From NCBI GenBank assembly GCA_016181895.1, contig JACOYL010000009.1, positions 3,346-67,345 of the forward strand: a stretch of 64,000 bases of DNA, read 5' to 3'. Source of the stretch: Candidatus Pacearchaeota archaeon. GTDB lineage: Archaea > Nanobdellota > Nanobdellia > Pacearchaeales > GW2011-AR1. The notes below the pieces were generated by a model that saw only the letters and a list, made by a program, of their open reading frames with translations, had not been told where the DNA came from and ran no database searches. Positions 1 through 9,539 of this stretch are shown in pieces. The translations under genes and the position numbers were made by a program. Numbering within the stretch: the stretch's first letter is position 1; every line of letters starts with the position of its first letter.

Positions 1-265
1 GTCGCTACAAAATAGATTTCATCATATTTCTCTGCTCAAAAAAGTTTTATTGTGCAAACTTTAACTTTAAATTATAGGATGATTTCAGCTTAATTTTTTT
101 CTTCGGCGGAAAATCCTGTCGGAGATGGATTTGTAGTAATAGTAATAAGCGAGGCAAAGCCGAGCGTAAATTTATATAATTTCTTCCCAACATTTTTCTA
201 TATCATTAATAGAATACAATAAAAAACGTGTTTTCTCCAAAGCAAAAGAACCCAAAGATATATAA

Positions 266-306
266 ATAACCATTATTATGGTTATAATAACCCTTACTGA
301 GGTTAT
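266..306. promoter_or_regulatory. Tandem palindromic operator, 2x ATAACC-N8-GGTTAT
   Basis: Palindromes at 266-285 and 287-306 with 21-bp period, just after a TATA-like TATATAAA and directly before ATG 308. Confidence 0.7.
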
Positions 307-307
307 A

Positions 308-811
308 ATGGATTTAATTCAATTTTTAAGAGCAAACGAAGATGCAAGAAAGATATTTGGAAAAAGGGAACTGAAGATAATTGAAAAGCAGATTAATGGA
401 ATCAATTTGACACAATCTGAAAAAAACAGGCTTTCGAGAGATATAAGGAAAAAATTTCTTTTTATAAAAGAGGTTTCAAAATTTTCAGACGAATTTGATT
501 TAAAAAAAGGGCTTTCAATAAAGCGCCTGATTAAAGGGGCTAAAGAGACAATTTTAAGGCATCATCTGATAAGAAAAATAAAAAAAATTATTTTGTTCGG
601 TTCCGTGATTGAAAATAAGCTGACTTTTAAATCAGACATTGACATCGCGGTCGCATTTGATGAAATAACAGAAAAACAGGCGTTTGAATTCAGGAAGAAT
701 ATTATGGGAAAACTCCCCGATAAGATTGACATTCAAGTTTTCAATTTCCTTCCTAAAAAAATAAAAGAAGAAATTAAAAATAAAGGGAGAATTATCTATA
801 AAAATGAATAG
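308..811 (+). CDS. MNT (minimal nucleotidyltransferase) antitoxin with N-terminal extension
   Basis: LFGS...SDIDIAV nucleotidyltransferase motif; overlaps downstream HEPN gene; start moved to ATG 308 because 266-306 is an operator. Confidence 0.85.
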   Translation: MDLIQFLRANEDARKIFGKRELKIIEKQINGINLTQSEKNRLSRDIRKKFLFIKEVSKFSDEFDLKKGLSIKRLIKGAKETILRHHLIRKIKKIILFGSVIENKLTFKSDIDIAVAFDEITEKQAFEFRKNIMGKLPDKIDIQVFNFLPKKIKEEIKNKGRIIYKNE

Positions 812-1217
812 AATAAAAGATAAAATTGATGAAGCGAGAAAATATCTTAATGAACTGTCTGAGATAATTCCTTCCGATTTTGAACAATATAAATCCGAAT
901 TTAAAACAAAGGCTGCTTGCGAAAGATATTTTGAAAAGATAATTGGGTCGGTGGTTGATTTGGCTTTTCTTGTAATAAAAGAGCATAAATTAAAAATTCC
1001 TGAAGAAGATAAACAGGCATTTGACATTTTGAATGGGGCGGACATTATTCCAAACGAACTTAAGGAAAGGCTGAAAGATGCGAAAGGCATGAGAAACATT
1101 ATTGCGCACGAATATGGAGAGATAGACAACAAAATGGTTTTTGAATCGTTAAAAGAACAATTAATCCCTGATATTGAAGAATTTATTGGGCAAATTAAAA
1201 AATTTCTAAGAAAATAA
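804..1217 (+). CDS. HEPN/DUF86 RNase toxin
   Basis: RNIIAHEY = R-X4-H HEPN motif; paired with MNT. Confidence 0.9.
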   Translation: MNRIKDKIDEARKYLNELSEIIPSDFEQYKSEFKTKAACERYFEKIIGSVVDLAFLVIKEHKLKIPEEDKQAFDILNGADIIPNELKERLKDAKGMRNIIAHEYGEIDNKMVFESLKEQLIPDIEEFIGQIKKFLRK

Positions 1218-1218
1218 G

Positions 1219-1674
1219 ATGTCTCTAACCATATACAACAAAAAACGCGATTTCAAAAAAACTTCCGAGCCGTCTGGGAAAATAAAAAAATCTTCTTCAA
1301 AAAAATTAATCTATGTTATTCAAAAACACGCCGCAACGAGATTGCATTATGATTTGCGTCTGGAAATGAATGGTGTTTTGGTTTCGTGGGCTGTTCCGAA
1401 AGAGCCACCGAAAACAAAGGGAATAAAACGTCTCGCAGTTATGACAGAAGACCATCCAATCGGATATGAAAAATTCAAAGGAACAATTCCAAAAGGAGAA
1501 TACGGAGCAGGGAAAGTTGAAATCTGGGACAAAGGCTTTTACGAATTAAAAATAAAAGATGAAAAGAAAATTGAATTTTTCATCCACGGAAAAAAACTTC
1601 ATGGATTGTATGTTCTTGTTAAGACGAATTTTGGAAACAAGCCGGGAAAATCCTGGCTTTTCTTTAAGATATAA
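1219..1674 (+). CDS. Stand-alone LigD-type DNA 3'-phosphoesterase (PE domain)
   Basis: Y..KRDF..T.EP, QKHAATRLHYDLRLE, SWAVPK, EDHP..Y..F.G.IP.GEYGAG.V.IWD.G. Confidence 0.9.
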   Translation: MSLTIYNKKRDFKKTSEPSGKIKKSSSKKLIYVIQKHAATRLHYDLRLEMNGVLVSWAVPKEPPKTKGIKRLAVMTEDHPIGYEKFKGTIPKGEYGAGKVEIWDKGFYELKIKDEKKIEFFIHGKKLHGLYVLVKTNFGNKPGKSWLFFKI

Positions 1675-1680
1675 TTTTGT

Positions 1681-1855
1681 TCCCGCCCACCCGCCCCTAA
1701 AGAAGGTTAATCAATAATCATAATTTTATTAACTATTAATTGTCGTGAAAATTATTTTCGCATTAATCTTTTTCATCAATAAGCGAGCCGAGTGCTTTGA
1801 CTTTGGCAAATTTATTTTATTAATATAAAGTCGGGGCACGAGTAGAAGGCAAGCG
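1681..1855 (+). repeat. Degenerate intergenic element (family B) copy
   Basis: TCCCGCCCACCCGCCC head identical to 54891-54906; AACTATTAATT...CATTAATCTTTTTCATCAAT core; GCGAGCCG hairpin tail. Confidence 0.65.
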
Positions 1856-1901
1856 TGAAATAATAATTTTGAAAGGAAAAAATGATTTTTTAAAGTGTAA
1901 A

Positions 1902-1972
1902 TCTCCCCAGCAGGACTTGAACCTGCACGCATCGGGCTACGGCCGATTGCTCTGCCCTTGAGCTATGGGGAG
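1902..1972 (-). tRNA. tRNA-Tyr(GTA), archaeal type, non-canonical C33
   Basis: Cloverleaf: CTCCCCA/TGGGGAG acceptor, GCTC/GAGC D stem, ATCGG/CCGAT anticodon stem with loop CCGTAGC, GCAGG-TTCAAGT-CCTGC T arm; C1:G72 and A73; no encoded CCA. Confidence 0.85.
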
Positions 1973-2110
1973 AGAAATTTTATCAATCGGCTTATAGATA
2001 ATAGAATTCTGAGTTAAAACTAGAAAAACTAATCAACTTGCATAGATTTAATTTCAATTCAATATTCATGCTTTCTTAAGATTTATAATATATTTAAATT
2101 TATTGTCTTT

Positions 2111-2398
2111 ATGAATTACATCTTTGAAATCATAGATAAAACCGGAAGAAAAATCCGTTTGACAAAAAAGATTTGGTCAAAAATCAGAAAAAAACATTAT
2201 GAAATAGAAGACAAAGAGTTAATTCTTGAAACATTAAATAAACCAGATAAAATAGAAAATTACGAGGAAGGCGTTATTTATTATTATAAATATTATAAGA
2301 ATAAACTTCTTCCTAAGAGATTTTTATTGGTTGTCGTTAAATATTTAAATGGCAACGGTTTTGTAATCACGTCTTATTTTATAGATAAGATTGGATAA
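2111..2398 (+). CDS. Putative RelE-like toxin, partner of DUF2283 protein
   Basis: Small basic protein ending GFVITSYF; overlaps DUF2283-like gene. Confidence 0.55.
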   Translation: MNYIFEIIDKTGRKIRLTKKIWSKIRKKHYEIEDKELILETLNKPDKIENYEEGVIYYYKYYKNKLLPKRFLLVVVKYLNGNGFVITSYFIDKIG

Positions 2399-2642
2399 AA
2401 TGAAAGAAGAAATATATGAGATTTATTATGATAAAGAAGCGGATTTTTTAGAAATATTTTTTGGAAAGTCCTCTAAATGCATAGCCGGTGAGATAGAAAA
2501 GGGAATATTTGTTAGAAGAGACATAAAAACAAATGATATTAAAAGTATCGGGATTATAAATTTTAGCAAAAGATTGGGTATTTTGAATAAAATTCTCTTA
2601 CAACTTGAAATAAAAATTCCTCTAGATATTAAGCCGATTTAA
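2391..2642 (+). CDS. DUF2283-like putative antitoxin
   Basis: YYDKEADFLEI...GIFVRRD...IGIINFS pattern. Confidence 0.65.
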   Translation: MDKMKEEIYEIYYDKEADFLEIFFGKSSKCIAGEIEKGIFVRRDIKTNDIKSIGIINFSKRLGILNKILLQLEIKIPLDIKPI

Positions 2643-2717
2643 GATAAATTTTTATAAATAAATCTTATTAAAATCCCTGTGAAAATCAACTTTGAGGCCA
2701 TAAATCCTCAATGAAGA

Positions 2718-2966
2718 TTGATGAAAAGAATAACAAAAAAAGAACTGAAGGAATATGATAAAGAAGTCAAGGAAAAATCCAAAAAATTCAAATTAAAGCC
2801 AGAAGATTTTCATAATCTTTACGATTTATTTTGGATGGTTACTTCTGAATCAGATGTTATGGACACTTTAAAATTGAACAAGATGGATAAATGGTTTCAT
2901 AATTTTACGGCAAGAGTTGAAAGAATTTTATTTGAGGAAGATTTTGCATTGGATTTTAAGAAGTAA
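2718..2966 (+). CDS. Hypothetical protein
   Basis: 82-aa ORF, coding-like composition. Confidence 0.55.
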   Translation: MMKRITKKELKEYDKEVKEKSKKFKLKPEDFHNLYDLFWMVTSESDVMDTLKLNKMDKWFHNFTARVERILFEEDFALDFKK

Positions 2967-2981
2967 AGAGTTGGTTGTTGT

Positions 2982-3251
2982 TTAAGGTTTAATTGACGTT
3001 TCGGGTTTTTTCAATTCATCTTCCAAAGAACTTAACTTTAAAATATTACTTCTTATCATTCTAACTGTATTTTCTTCGCTAGGAGATAAATCGCGCAAAT
3101 GAGGTTCTTCTAAATGAGTTACAGCCCCATATCCAAAAAGTCGATTAACAACATCTGCAAAAGTCGGAAGAAAATCATCTTTTCTCTTTGAATAATGATT
3201 AACTAAATATTCTTCGTCAGTTTTAACAATACTTATTCTATAATCTGTCAT
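2982..3251 (-). CDS. Hypothetical protein
   Basis: 89-aa ORF. Confidence 0.5.
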   Translation of the reverse strand: MTDYRISIVKTDEEYLVNHYSKRKDDFLPTFADVVNRLFGYGAVTHLEEPHLRDLSPSEENTVRMIRSNILKLSSLEDELKKPETSIKP

Positions 3252-3310
3252 ATTTTTTTATATTCTTGCTCTTTTTAAGAATTGTTATTCTCTATTTTTC
3301 TTCCTTCACA

Positions 3311-3583
3311 TCACGTTCCCCGCTTGTAAATATTGTCGTGATGGTCGTAATCTTCAATTATTATGTGTTTTTTATTTTCATCAACAGAGAAGACAAGCAC
3401 AAAACTTTTGTCAATATGAACCCTTTTAAGATGTTGCAGCGGTTTTCTTAAATTCTTATAATGTTGCGGATTTTGCCTGATTTCTTGAATTTTATTCTCT
3501 ATTATCATCAGTTGTTTGGAATTTTTCTTGGCTAACTTGAAGAATATCTTTTCAACATTTTTCCTTAATTCATAAGAATACAT
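3311..3583 (-). CDS. RelE/StbE family toxin
   Basis: NPQHYKNLRKPLQHLKRVHIDKSFVLVF...YDHHDNIY. Confidence 0.85.
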   Translation of the reverse strand: MYSYELRKNVEKIFFKLAKKNSKQLMIIENKIQEIRQNPQHYKNLRKPLQHLKRVHIDKSFVLVFSVDENKKHIIIEDYDHHDNIYKRGT

Positions 3584-3584
3584 T

Positions 3585-3818
3585 TTAGTTCAAACCAAAA
3601 TGTTTTTTGAAATTGGTAATCTTTATAGTCGGTTCCAATTGCCTTTTTCTCATTTTCTCAATAAATTCGGGTCTCAAATCAGGCTCGGCTTCATCGTCAA
3701 TATATTTGCTGACTACGAAATTTATCGCCTCGGATTTGTCCTTAAAACCATATTTGGCTTTTATCAGATTCAAAACCCTGTTAAGATTCTCATCAAGTTC
3801 TATTAATGCTCTAACCAT
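3585..3818 (-). CDS. DUF2683-like antitoxin
   Basis: NRVLNLIKAKYGFKDKSEAIN...EPDLRPEFIEK; directly upstream of RelE. Confidence 0.8.
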   Translation of the reverse strand: MVRALIELDENLNRVLNLIKAKYGFKDKSEAINFVVSKYIDDEAEPDLRPEFIEKMRKRQLEPTIKITNFKKHFGLN

Positions 3819-3827
3819 TTTAACTTA

Positions 3828-3846
3828 TTCCGACTAAGTCGGACTT
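3828..3846. promoter_or_regulatory. Putative antitoxin operator (overlapping palindromes)
   Basis: TCCGAC-TAA-GTCGGA overlapping TAAGTC-G-GACTTA, 10 bp upstream of the antitoxin ATG. Confidence 0.6.
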
Positions 3847-3862
3847 ATTTTTAAACATTTCG

Positions 3863-4291
3863 TTATTCTTCAGTTTTCTTCCCCGTCACATCCTCCGGAA
3901 TTCTGTATTCTTCCCATCGCACTTTCTTTTTATCAATAGTTTCCTTAAGATTTTTTTCGTGGTTGTTTATTTTTGCCTTTCCTGATTTGACTTCGACAAA
4001 AACAACTTCTTCAATATTCTTGTTGTCCGCGCCCTTGAAAACAAGAAAGTCAATCGGCTTTCCTAAAAAACGAACTTCGCTCGGGCTGTAAGGAAAATCA
4101 GGAAGATACGGAGCGAGTTGCTCTGAAAATAAACCTCCTAGCGTCGCCCTTGATTTTGCGATTGCATCCTGCCTGTGAATCGGTAGCTGATTTTCCCAAT
4201 GCCTGTCTCTTCTCATGACTCCGATAATGTGTCCGATAATTATTCCTATGAAGAGAAATAAAATTATTATTAAAATTGTGGAAAATTCCAT
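3863..4291 (-). CDS. Membrane-anchored Holliday-junction-resolvase-like endonuclease
   Basis: N-terminal TM helix; SEQLAPYLPDFP, FLGKPIDFLVF, FVEVKSG (PD-(D/E)xK). Confidence 0.85.
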   Translation of the reverse strand: MEFSTILIIILFLFIGIIIGHIIGVMRRDRHWENQLPIHRQDAIAKSRATLGGLFSEQLAPYLPDFPYSPSEVRFLGKPIDFLVFKGADNKNIEEVVFVEVKSGKAKINNHEKNLKETIDKKKVRWEEYRIPEDVTGKKTEE

Positions 4292-4292
4292 T

Positions 4293-4607
4293 TTAATTGA
4301 GAAGTTTTGCAAGTCTTCCTTTTCTGTGCATTAATCTTACTCTCGTTGAATTGTGAGTTAAACAATGTTTTGCATCACATTTTCTGACTTCATCATCGTA
4401 TCTTGGTACAAGCCCCGTTCTGCTATTTTTAGAGAAATTATATCCAATTAACACCCTTTTTCTAGGACTTCTCCCCATCCCTTCAATCGTTGGTAAATCA
4501 ATTTCTACAGGAACTCTTGAATTTAACTCCATAAATCCATAATATATCTCATCACCTATAATTACTTCAACTTCATATTCTATTGGTTTTTTATAATCAT
4601 AAACCAT
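4293..4607 (-). CDS. Hypothetical protein (inserted ORFan)
   Basis: ORF fills the gap between rps2 and the endonuclease with 1-nt spacers. Confidence 0.6.
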   Translation of the reverse strand: MVYDYKKPIEYEVEVIIGDEIYYGFMELNSRVPVEIDLPTIEGMGRSPRKRVLIGYNFSKNSRTGLVPRYDDEVRKCDAKHCLTHNSTRVRLMHRKGRLAKLLN

Positions 4608-4608
4608 C

Positions 4609-5544
4609 TTAATACACAACAGGCACCTCCAATTCTTCCTTCATCCACCAATCCATGTCGGGAATCCTGTCGATTGCGTCGATTCCTCGGGCTTTGCAAT
4701 ATCCTCTTGCGAGCAGGTAAAAAATCAAGCCCAAACTCTTGGAACTTTTGTTGTTTCCTATTATTACCTTGTCGGCGCCCTTTGCAAAATTGTTCGTGTC
4801 GCAAATCATCAAAACTTTTTTGTGGACATTGAGGGTGTCATGCAATGCATTTTTGTCAAGCCATGAATCAGTAACAATTGTAAGTTCATTTTCCATGAAT
4901 GTCGGAAGGTTTGTGTTTGTCAGGATTCCGGCGGGATATTTTTTCGTGAAAACTCTTATTCCCGTTAACTTTGAAAACATCTCCGCGGCGTTCCATCCGG
5001 TTTGCCTCTTGCACACGAGAATTATTTCCTCCGGATTGAACTTTGAAATAAATTCTATGGCTTCTTTTATTTTCTCGTCGATTATGTTTGTGTCGAAAAT
5101 CGCCAAGCCGTCCGCTCTCCGACGATAAACAAAGGGTTTCATGTCGGGAGTCACTGCTCTTTTGCCGATGTAAATTCCTGACTTGACATATTCTTCAAGG
5201 GGAATGAGCATTTCTGTTCTTTTCTTTGCCTTGACTTTTTCTTTCAGCTCTTCTGTCTTCGGTTCCAAAATCTGCTCCGAGAGTTTTTTCGCCCTTTCTA
5301 TAAGTTCTTTTTTCTTTTCCTCGATTGTTTTCTTTTCCTTTCCCGAAATCTCTGTTTCAAGCGATTCAAGTTCCGCAAGTTTTTCCTCTTCCTTGGAAAA
5401 TTCTTCTTTTTTTGCCTTGGGGGATTTCCTTGAAATTTTCTTTTTATTCTTTCCTTCTATTTTTTCAACAATTTCCTCGACAACTTCCTCTGCTTTTTCC
5501 AAACCCTCTTCAACCTTTTCCTTAATCTCATCAATAATTGCCAT
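4609..5544 (-). CDS. rps2: 30S ribosomal protein uS2 with long charged N-terminal extension
   Basis: LIPLEEYVKSGIYIG...MKPFVYRRRADGL, PAGILTN, ICDTNN, NNKS. Confidence 0.95.
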   Translation of the reverse strand: MAIIDEIKEKVEEGLEKAEEVVEEIVEKIEGKNKKKISRKSPKAKKEEFSKEEEKLAELESLETEISGKEKKTIEEKKKELIERAKKLSEQILEPKTEELKEKVKAKKRTEMLIPLEEYVKSGIYIGKRAVTPDMKPFVYRRRADGLAIFDTNIIDEKIKEAIEFISKFNPEEIILVCKRQTGWNAAEMFSKLTGIRVFTKKYPAGILTNTNLPTFMENELTIVTDSWLDKNALHDTLNVHKKVLMICDTNNFAKGADKVIIGNNKSSKSLGLIFYLLARGYCKARGIDAIDRIPDMDWWMKEELEVPVVY

Positions 5545-5624
5545 TAGAACTGTGGTGAAAATAGATTTTTAAAGTTATTTGTCAACATAACAATTCTTAA
5601 ATAATCTTGATATTTATTTGAGGG

Positions 5625-5855
5625 ATGGAAGACGAACTCATCCGAAAATTAGATGAAAGATACATTGGATGCGATATTAGGGGGCACAGATTGCCTAATC
5701 CAGAAAAAACTTATTGCAATTCTTGTTTTAGGAGATTGAATTATAATGCCACAAATGGGCTTTCAGAACGAGATCAAAGAAGTTTGGATAAATTAGCAGG
5801 ACTTACTTTATTGAGAAAAGAATTACTTCCTGCAGGAAAATTATTATCTCGCTAA
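5625..5855 (+). CDS. Hypothetical protein, possible Zn-binding
   Basis: C-x3-GH...CxxC. Confidence 0.5.
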   Translation: MEDELIRKLDERYIGCDIRGHRLPNPEKTYCNSCFRRLNYNATNGLSERDQRSLDKLAGLTLLRKELLPAGKLLSR

Positions 5856-7004
5856 ATCTTTCTCAATTTCAATCAATCTCTTTATTTTAACTTCCCTTTC
5901 TTTTCCAGCGATTCCGCATTTCAAAAAATCAGCCTGAAATCCGAAAGTCAAATCGGCAAGAATGTCTTCATTTGTTTCCCCGCTTCTGTGGGAAAAAATT
6001 ATTTTTATTCCATATTTTTTCGCCAATTCACAGACTGTTTTCACTTCTGTCAAATTTCCTATCTGATTCGGCTTTACGATCAATGCATTTATGCTTTTCA
6101 TCTTGATTGCTTTTTCAAGCCTTTCAGGATTCGTGACTGTCAAATCGTCGCCGACAATCAATTTATTTGCAAATTTTTTTGTCAGCTTGGAAAAATCTTC
6201 AAAATCTTCCTCGTCAAAAGGATCTTCAATATAAAACAAGTCAAAATTTTCTATAAGATTTGAAATGTATCTGAATTGTTCCCCTGAATCCCTTTTCAGC
6301 ATGGGATTTTTGTAAAGATATTTTTTCCTTGAATAAAAACTCGATGCCGCGATATCCAATCCAAGCGGGATTTCATATTTCAAAAGAACATCAAGAACTT
6401 CTTTTTCATTCAGGCTTGTTTCCCATGCATACTCATCATTTTTTATGCTTTTGAATTTCTCGTCAAATTCTTTCAAATCTTGTTCAACTTTTTCCTTGAT
6501 TTTTTTCATCAATTCAAAATTTTCTTTTGTTGATTTTTCATTTGGAATTAAAAGAAATTCCTGAAAATCAGGCTTTTTTTCATTGCCGGAATGTTTTCCT
6601 CCGCCAATGCAATTCCCGACAAGTCTAGGAAATTTTCTTGCCTTGGAATCAACGATTTCCCATACCTCCTTTTTCTTTTCTTTTGCCATTGCCTTAAGAA
6701 TTGCAGACTCCAATGCAAATAAAGTGTTTGCCCCGACATTACCAGAAACAATATCTTCAATTCTTTTCAAATCATCAAAGAAATCTATGTTCTCCATTGA
6801 AAAATAATCAGAGAATTTTTTTAACGTTTCAATGTCTCCAAGAAGATTTTTCTTGTAAGATTTTGCTTCGTGTTTTCCCTTTGACTTTCCATTCGGCGCG
6901 CTTGCCTTGAATTCACCGACATTTGTTTTTATTGAGACTTCGATTGTCTTCTCTTTGCGGGAATCAAAAATGGATTTCGCAGAAACACTTCTTATGACAA
7001 CCAT
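5844..7004 (-). CDS. eno: Enolase
   Basis: IFDSR, DFQEF, IEDPF, VGDDL, VKPNQIG, SHRSGET motifs. Confidence 0.95.
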   Translation of the reverse strand: MVVIRSVSAKSIFDSRKEKTIEVSIKTNVGEFKASAPNGKSKGKHEAKSYKKNLLGDIETLKKFSDYFSMENIDFFDDLKRIEDIVSGNVGANTLFALESAILKAMAKEKKKEVWEIVDSKARKFPRLVGNCIGGGKHSGNEKKPDFQEFLLIPNEKSTKENFELMKKIKEKVEQDLKEFDEKFKSIKNDEYAWETSLNEKEVLDVLLKYEIPLGLDIAASSFYSRKKYLYKNPMLKRDSGEQFRYISNLIENFDLFYIEDPFDEEDFEDFSKLTKKFANKLIVGDDLTVTNPERLEKAIKMKSINALIVKPNQIGNLTEVKTVCELAKKYGIKIIFSHRSGETNEDILADLTFGFQADFLKCGIAGKEREVKIKRLIEIEKDLAR

Positions 7005-7074
7005 GAAATAAAAAATTCTCAGAACTTTTTAAAGGTGATTATTTTAAATGTAATCTACTTAGAATTTTATTCTA

Positions 7075-7575
7075 TCAAGGAAGGATAGCATCTTCCCAAA
7101 GATGTCTTTTCTCTTTCATTAATTCCTTAAAACCTTCCCAATCTTTATATCGGAAAATTTCATTAAATCTGTTTGCATTAACATAAATATTCCAAACATC
7201 TCTTAAAGGAATATGTTTAAACATACCATAACCACGACCAATAAATGTTTCTCCGACCACCCTATCTATTAAATTTTGTGGGATATTTTTTGCTAATTTC
7301 GTTCGGCCCTCAATATTTCCGGGTATAAAATCAGGGTAGATCTTGTTCATTTCATCATTGTCAAAATGGCTTTCATATATCCAGTTTCTTAAAAGAAATC
7401 TAGCGGCATTTTCTTTCGTTTCAATAAAATAAGGAGAACCAATACTCATTGTTATTGCATCACAATAAACAAATCTCTCTGTCGGTAGATGAGATATAAG
7501 CGAATCTCTTAAGTAATTGGCTTCTTTATTCCTCTTAAATCTGACATTTAATCTCAATCTATTTTCTTTTGTCAT
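7075..7575 (-). CDS. Hypothetical protein
   Basis: 166-aa ORF coupled to upstream ORF. Confidence 0.6.
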   Translation of the reverse strand: MTKENRLRLNVRFKRNKEANYLRDSLISHLPTERFVYCDAITMSIGSPYFIETKENAARFLLRNWIYESHFDNDEMNKIYPDFIPGNIEGRTKLAKNIPQNLIDRVVGETFIGRGYGMFKHIPLRDVWNIYVNANRFNEIFRYKDWEGFKELMKEKRHLWEDAILP

Positions 7576-7576
7576 T

Positions 7577-8035
7577 TTATAATTTCCTAATAGTTTTGTA
7601 ATCTATTATTTGTTTAACTGAGATGTTCGGTCCATATTTGTCCCATTCTCTATGAGTAAAGGCACTTCTATTCAGGATCATCTTTCCGTTTTCATTTATT
7701 ACTTCTGGCGATATTTCAATAGTCATCTCTCCATCTTCGTCTGTCTCTAATCCAGAAACATATCCTGTGAGAGTGTATTCTTTATCTAAGTCAAAATCGG
7801 AGAACCATGGAGTAAATCCCCATTCATTGTCCTTTCTTGGATGTATTTTTATTTCTGCCAATTCAAAAGCTTCTCTCTTATCATAACGTCCTTTAGCTTC
7901 AGGCAATCTTCCTAATGATTCTTCTAAAGATGGCTGATATCTATCTTCAGCAATTTTCGGAACAGCCAAAGCTCCTGCTGTTAAAGCAAGTCCTTTCAAA
8001 GCTGTTCTTCTTGTGATTTTTCTTTCGTTTGTCAT
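7577..8035 (-). CDS. Hypothetical protein with twin-arginine signal-like N-terminus
   Basis: ITRRTALKG followed by a hydrophobic stretch. Confidence 0.65.
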   Translation of the reverse strand: MTNERKITRRTALKGLALTAGALAVPKIAEDRYQPSLEESLGRLPEAKGRYDKREAFELAEIKIHPRKDNEWGFTPWFSDFDLDKEYTLTGYVSGLETDEDGEMTIEISPEVINENGKMILNRSAFTHREWDKYGPNISVKQIIDYKTIRKL

Positions 8036-8174
8036 TTTTCTTGTTTTATATTTTTGTTTTTATCTTCGGATTTAATTCCTTGTTAGTGGTTACAAATAGG
8101 AATATATAAAATCTTTTTCTTGTATATTTTGTAAAAACGTAAGATTTATAAATAAAATAGGAATAATACAAAAT

Positions 8175-9158
8175 ATGAGCAAACTGGATAAAATAGATTT
8201 GAAATTGCTGTCCGAGTTGGAAAAAGATTCAGAGCAAACACTTTCGAAGATTGCAAAGAAACTCAAAACTTCCCAGCAAGTTATTAGTTATAGGCTGAAG
8301 TCTTTGGAGGAACGCGGGATTTTGGGAGGATTTTACACGATAATTGACATTGCAAAATTAGGTTATACAAGTTACAGGACGATGATTCGTTTGAGCAATA
8401 TTACAGAAGAGAAACACAAAGAGATAATTAATTTCTTGATGAAACATAAAAATGTTCTCTGGCTTGTGGAATGTGGCGGGCGTTGGGATTTGATTGTAAA
8501 TTTCACGGCGAAAAACATAATTCATTACAATAATATTATGAAAGAATTTGTAAATAGATTCCCAAAACAAATGCAAAATTATGATATTTTAACAACGCTG
8601 GAAGTTATTTATTTTGGAAGAGATTATTTTATAAAAGAAGCAAGGACAGAAATAAAATCTTCCGGTTTCGGCGGAAAATGGGAAACGATTTCAACAGACA
8701 AGACAAATTTACAAATATTGAATTTAATTTCTGAAAACGCAAGAATTAATTCTGTTGAAATCGCAGATAAATTGAAAATAAGTCCGAATACTGTTTTATT
8801 GAGAATAAAAGAAATGAAAAAATCCGGATTGATACAGGGAACAAAACCTTTGATTCATCTAGAAAATATTGGCTATTCAGGATACAAGGCATTGATAAAA
8901 TTCCAAAATTTGACAGAGCAAAAAGAAAAGGAAATTGTCAATCATGTTAAATCAAATGCCAATATTGTCGGGGCGATAAAACTTGTTGGATTGTGGGATT
9001 TTGAAAGTGAATTTGAAGTCGAGAACAAAGAGCAAATGCTAAAGATTACAAGAAATTTCAGGGACAAATTCAAGGAAATTATAAAAGAATTTGAAGTAAT
9101 TCCGTTGTTTCACGAATACAGATATAATTTTTTTCCAGGAGATTTATTGAATGGATAA
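8175..9158 (+). CDS. Tandem-duplicated Lrp/AsnC family transcriptional regulator
   Basis: Two HTH-RAM units (LDKIDLKLL..., DKTNLQIL...; G.WD motifs). Confidence 0.9.
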   Translation: MSKLDKIDLKLLSELEKDSEQTLSKIAKKLKTSQQVISYRLKSLEERGILGGFYTIIDIAKLGYTSYRTMIRLSNITEEKHKEIINFLMKHKNVLWLVECGGRWDLIVNFTAKNIIHYNNIMKEFVNRFPKQMQNYDILTTLEVIYFGRDYFIKEARTEIKSSGFGGKWETISTDKTNLQILNLISENARINSVEIADKLKISPNTVLLRIKEMKKSGLIQGTKPLIHLENIGYSGYKALIKFQNLTEQKEKEIVNHVKSNANIVGAIKLVGLWDFESEFEVENKEQMLKITRNFRDKFKEIIKEFEVIPLFHEYRYNFFPGDLLNG

Positions 9159-9164
9159 AAAATT

Positions 9165-9539
9165 TTACTTGACAAACTCAACATTTTCAAAATCTTTAAA
9201 CTGATTGTCTCCCGTTACAAATCTAAAATTTCTGTTAATAGCCATAATATATCCAAGGCAGTCTATATAACTAAATCTTAGTTTAGAATTTTTTATTCTG
9301 AATTTCGATGCCTCTTTTACATCTTTGATTTCAATATTAATCTTCATGGTTTTTATCTGATCAATAATTTCATCAGCCCTTTTTGCCCCAAAATCCCTGC
9401 TTACGGAATAGTGAACTTCCAGCATATTCATAATGCCTGTAAAATTTATTGTTTTCTCAAATCTCTTAAAATTTTTGTTCTCTTTTATTATTTCAATCAG
9501 AGCATAACTATCTAAGAAGAACGTTTCAGGTGTTTCCAT
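9165..9539 (-). CDS. VapC PIN-domain toxin
   Basis: FFLDSYALIE, SYIDCLGY, FVTGDNQF. Confidence 0.9.
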   Translation of the reverse strand: METPETFFLDSYALIEIIKENKNFKRFEKTINFTGIMNMLEVHYSVSRDFGAKRADEIIDQIKTMKINIEIKDVKEASKFRIKNSKLRFSYIDCLGYIMAINRNFRFVTGDNQFKDFENVEFVK

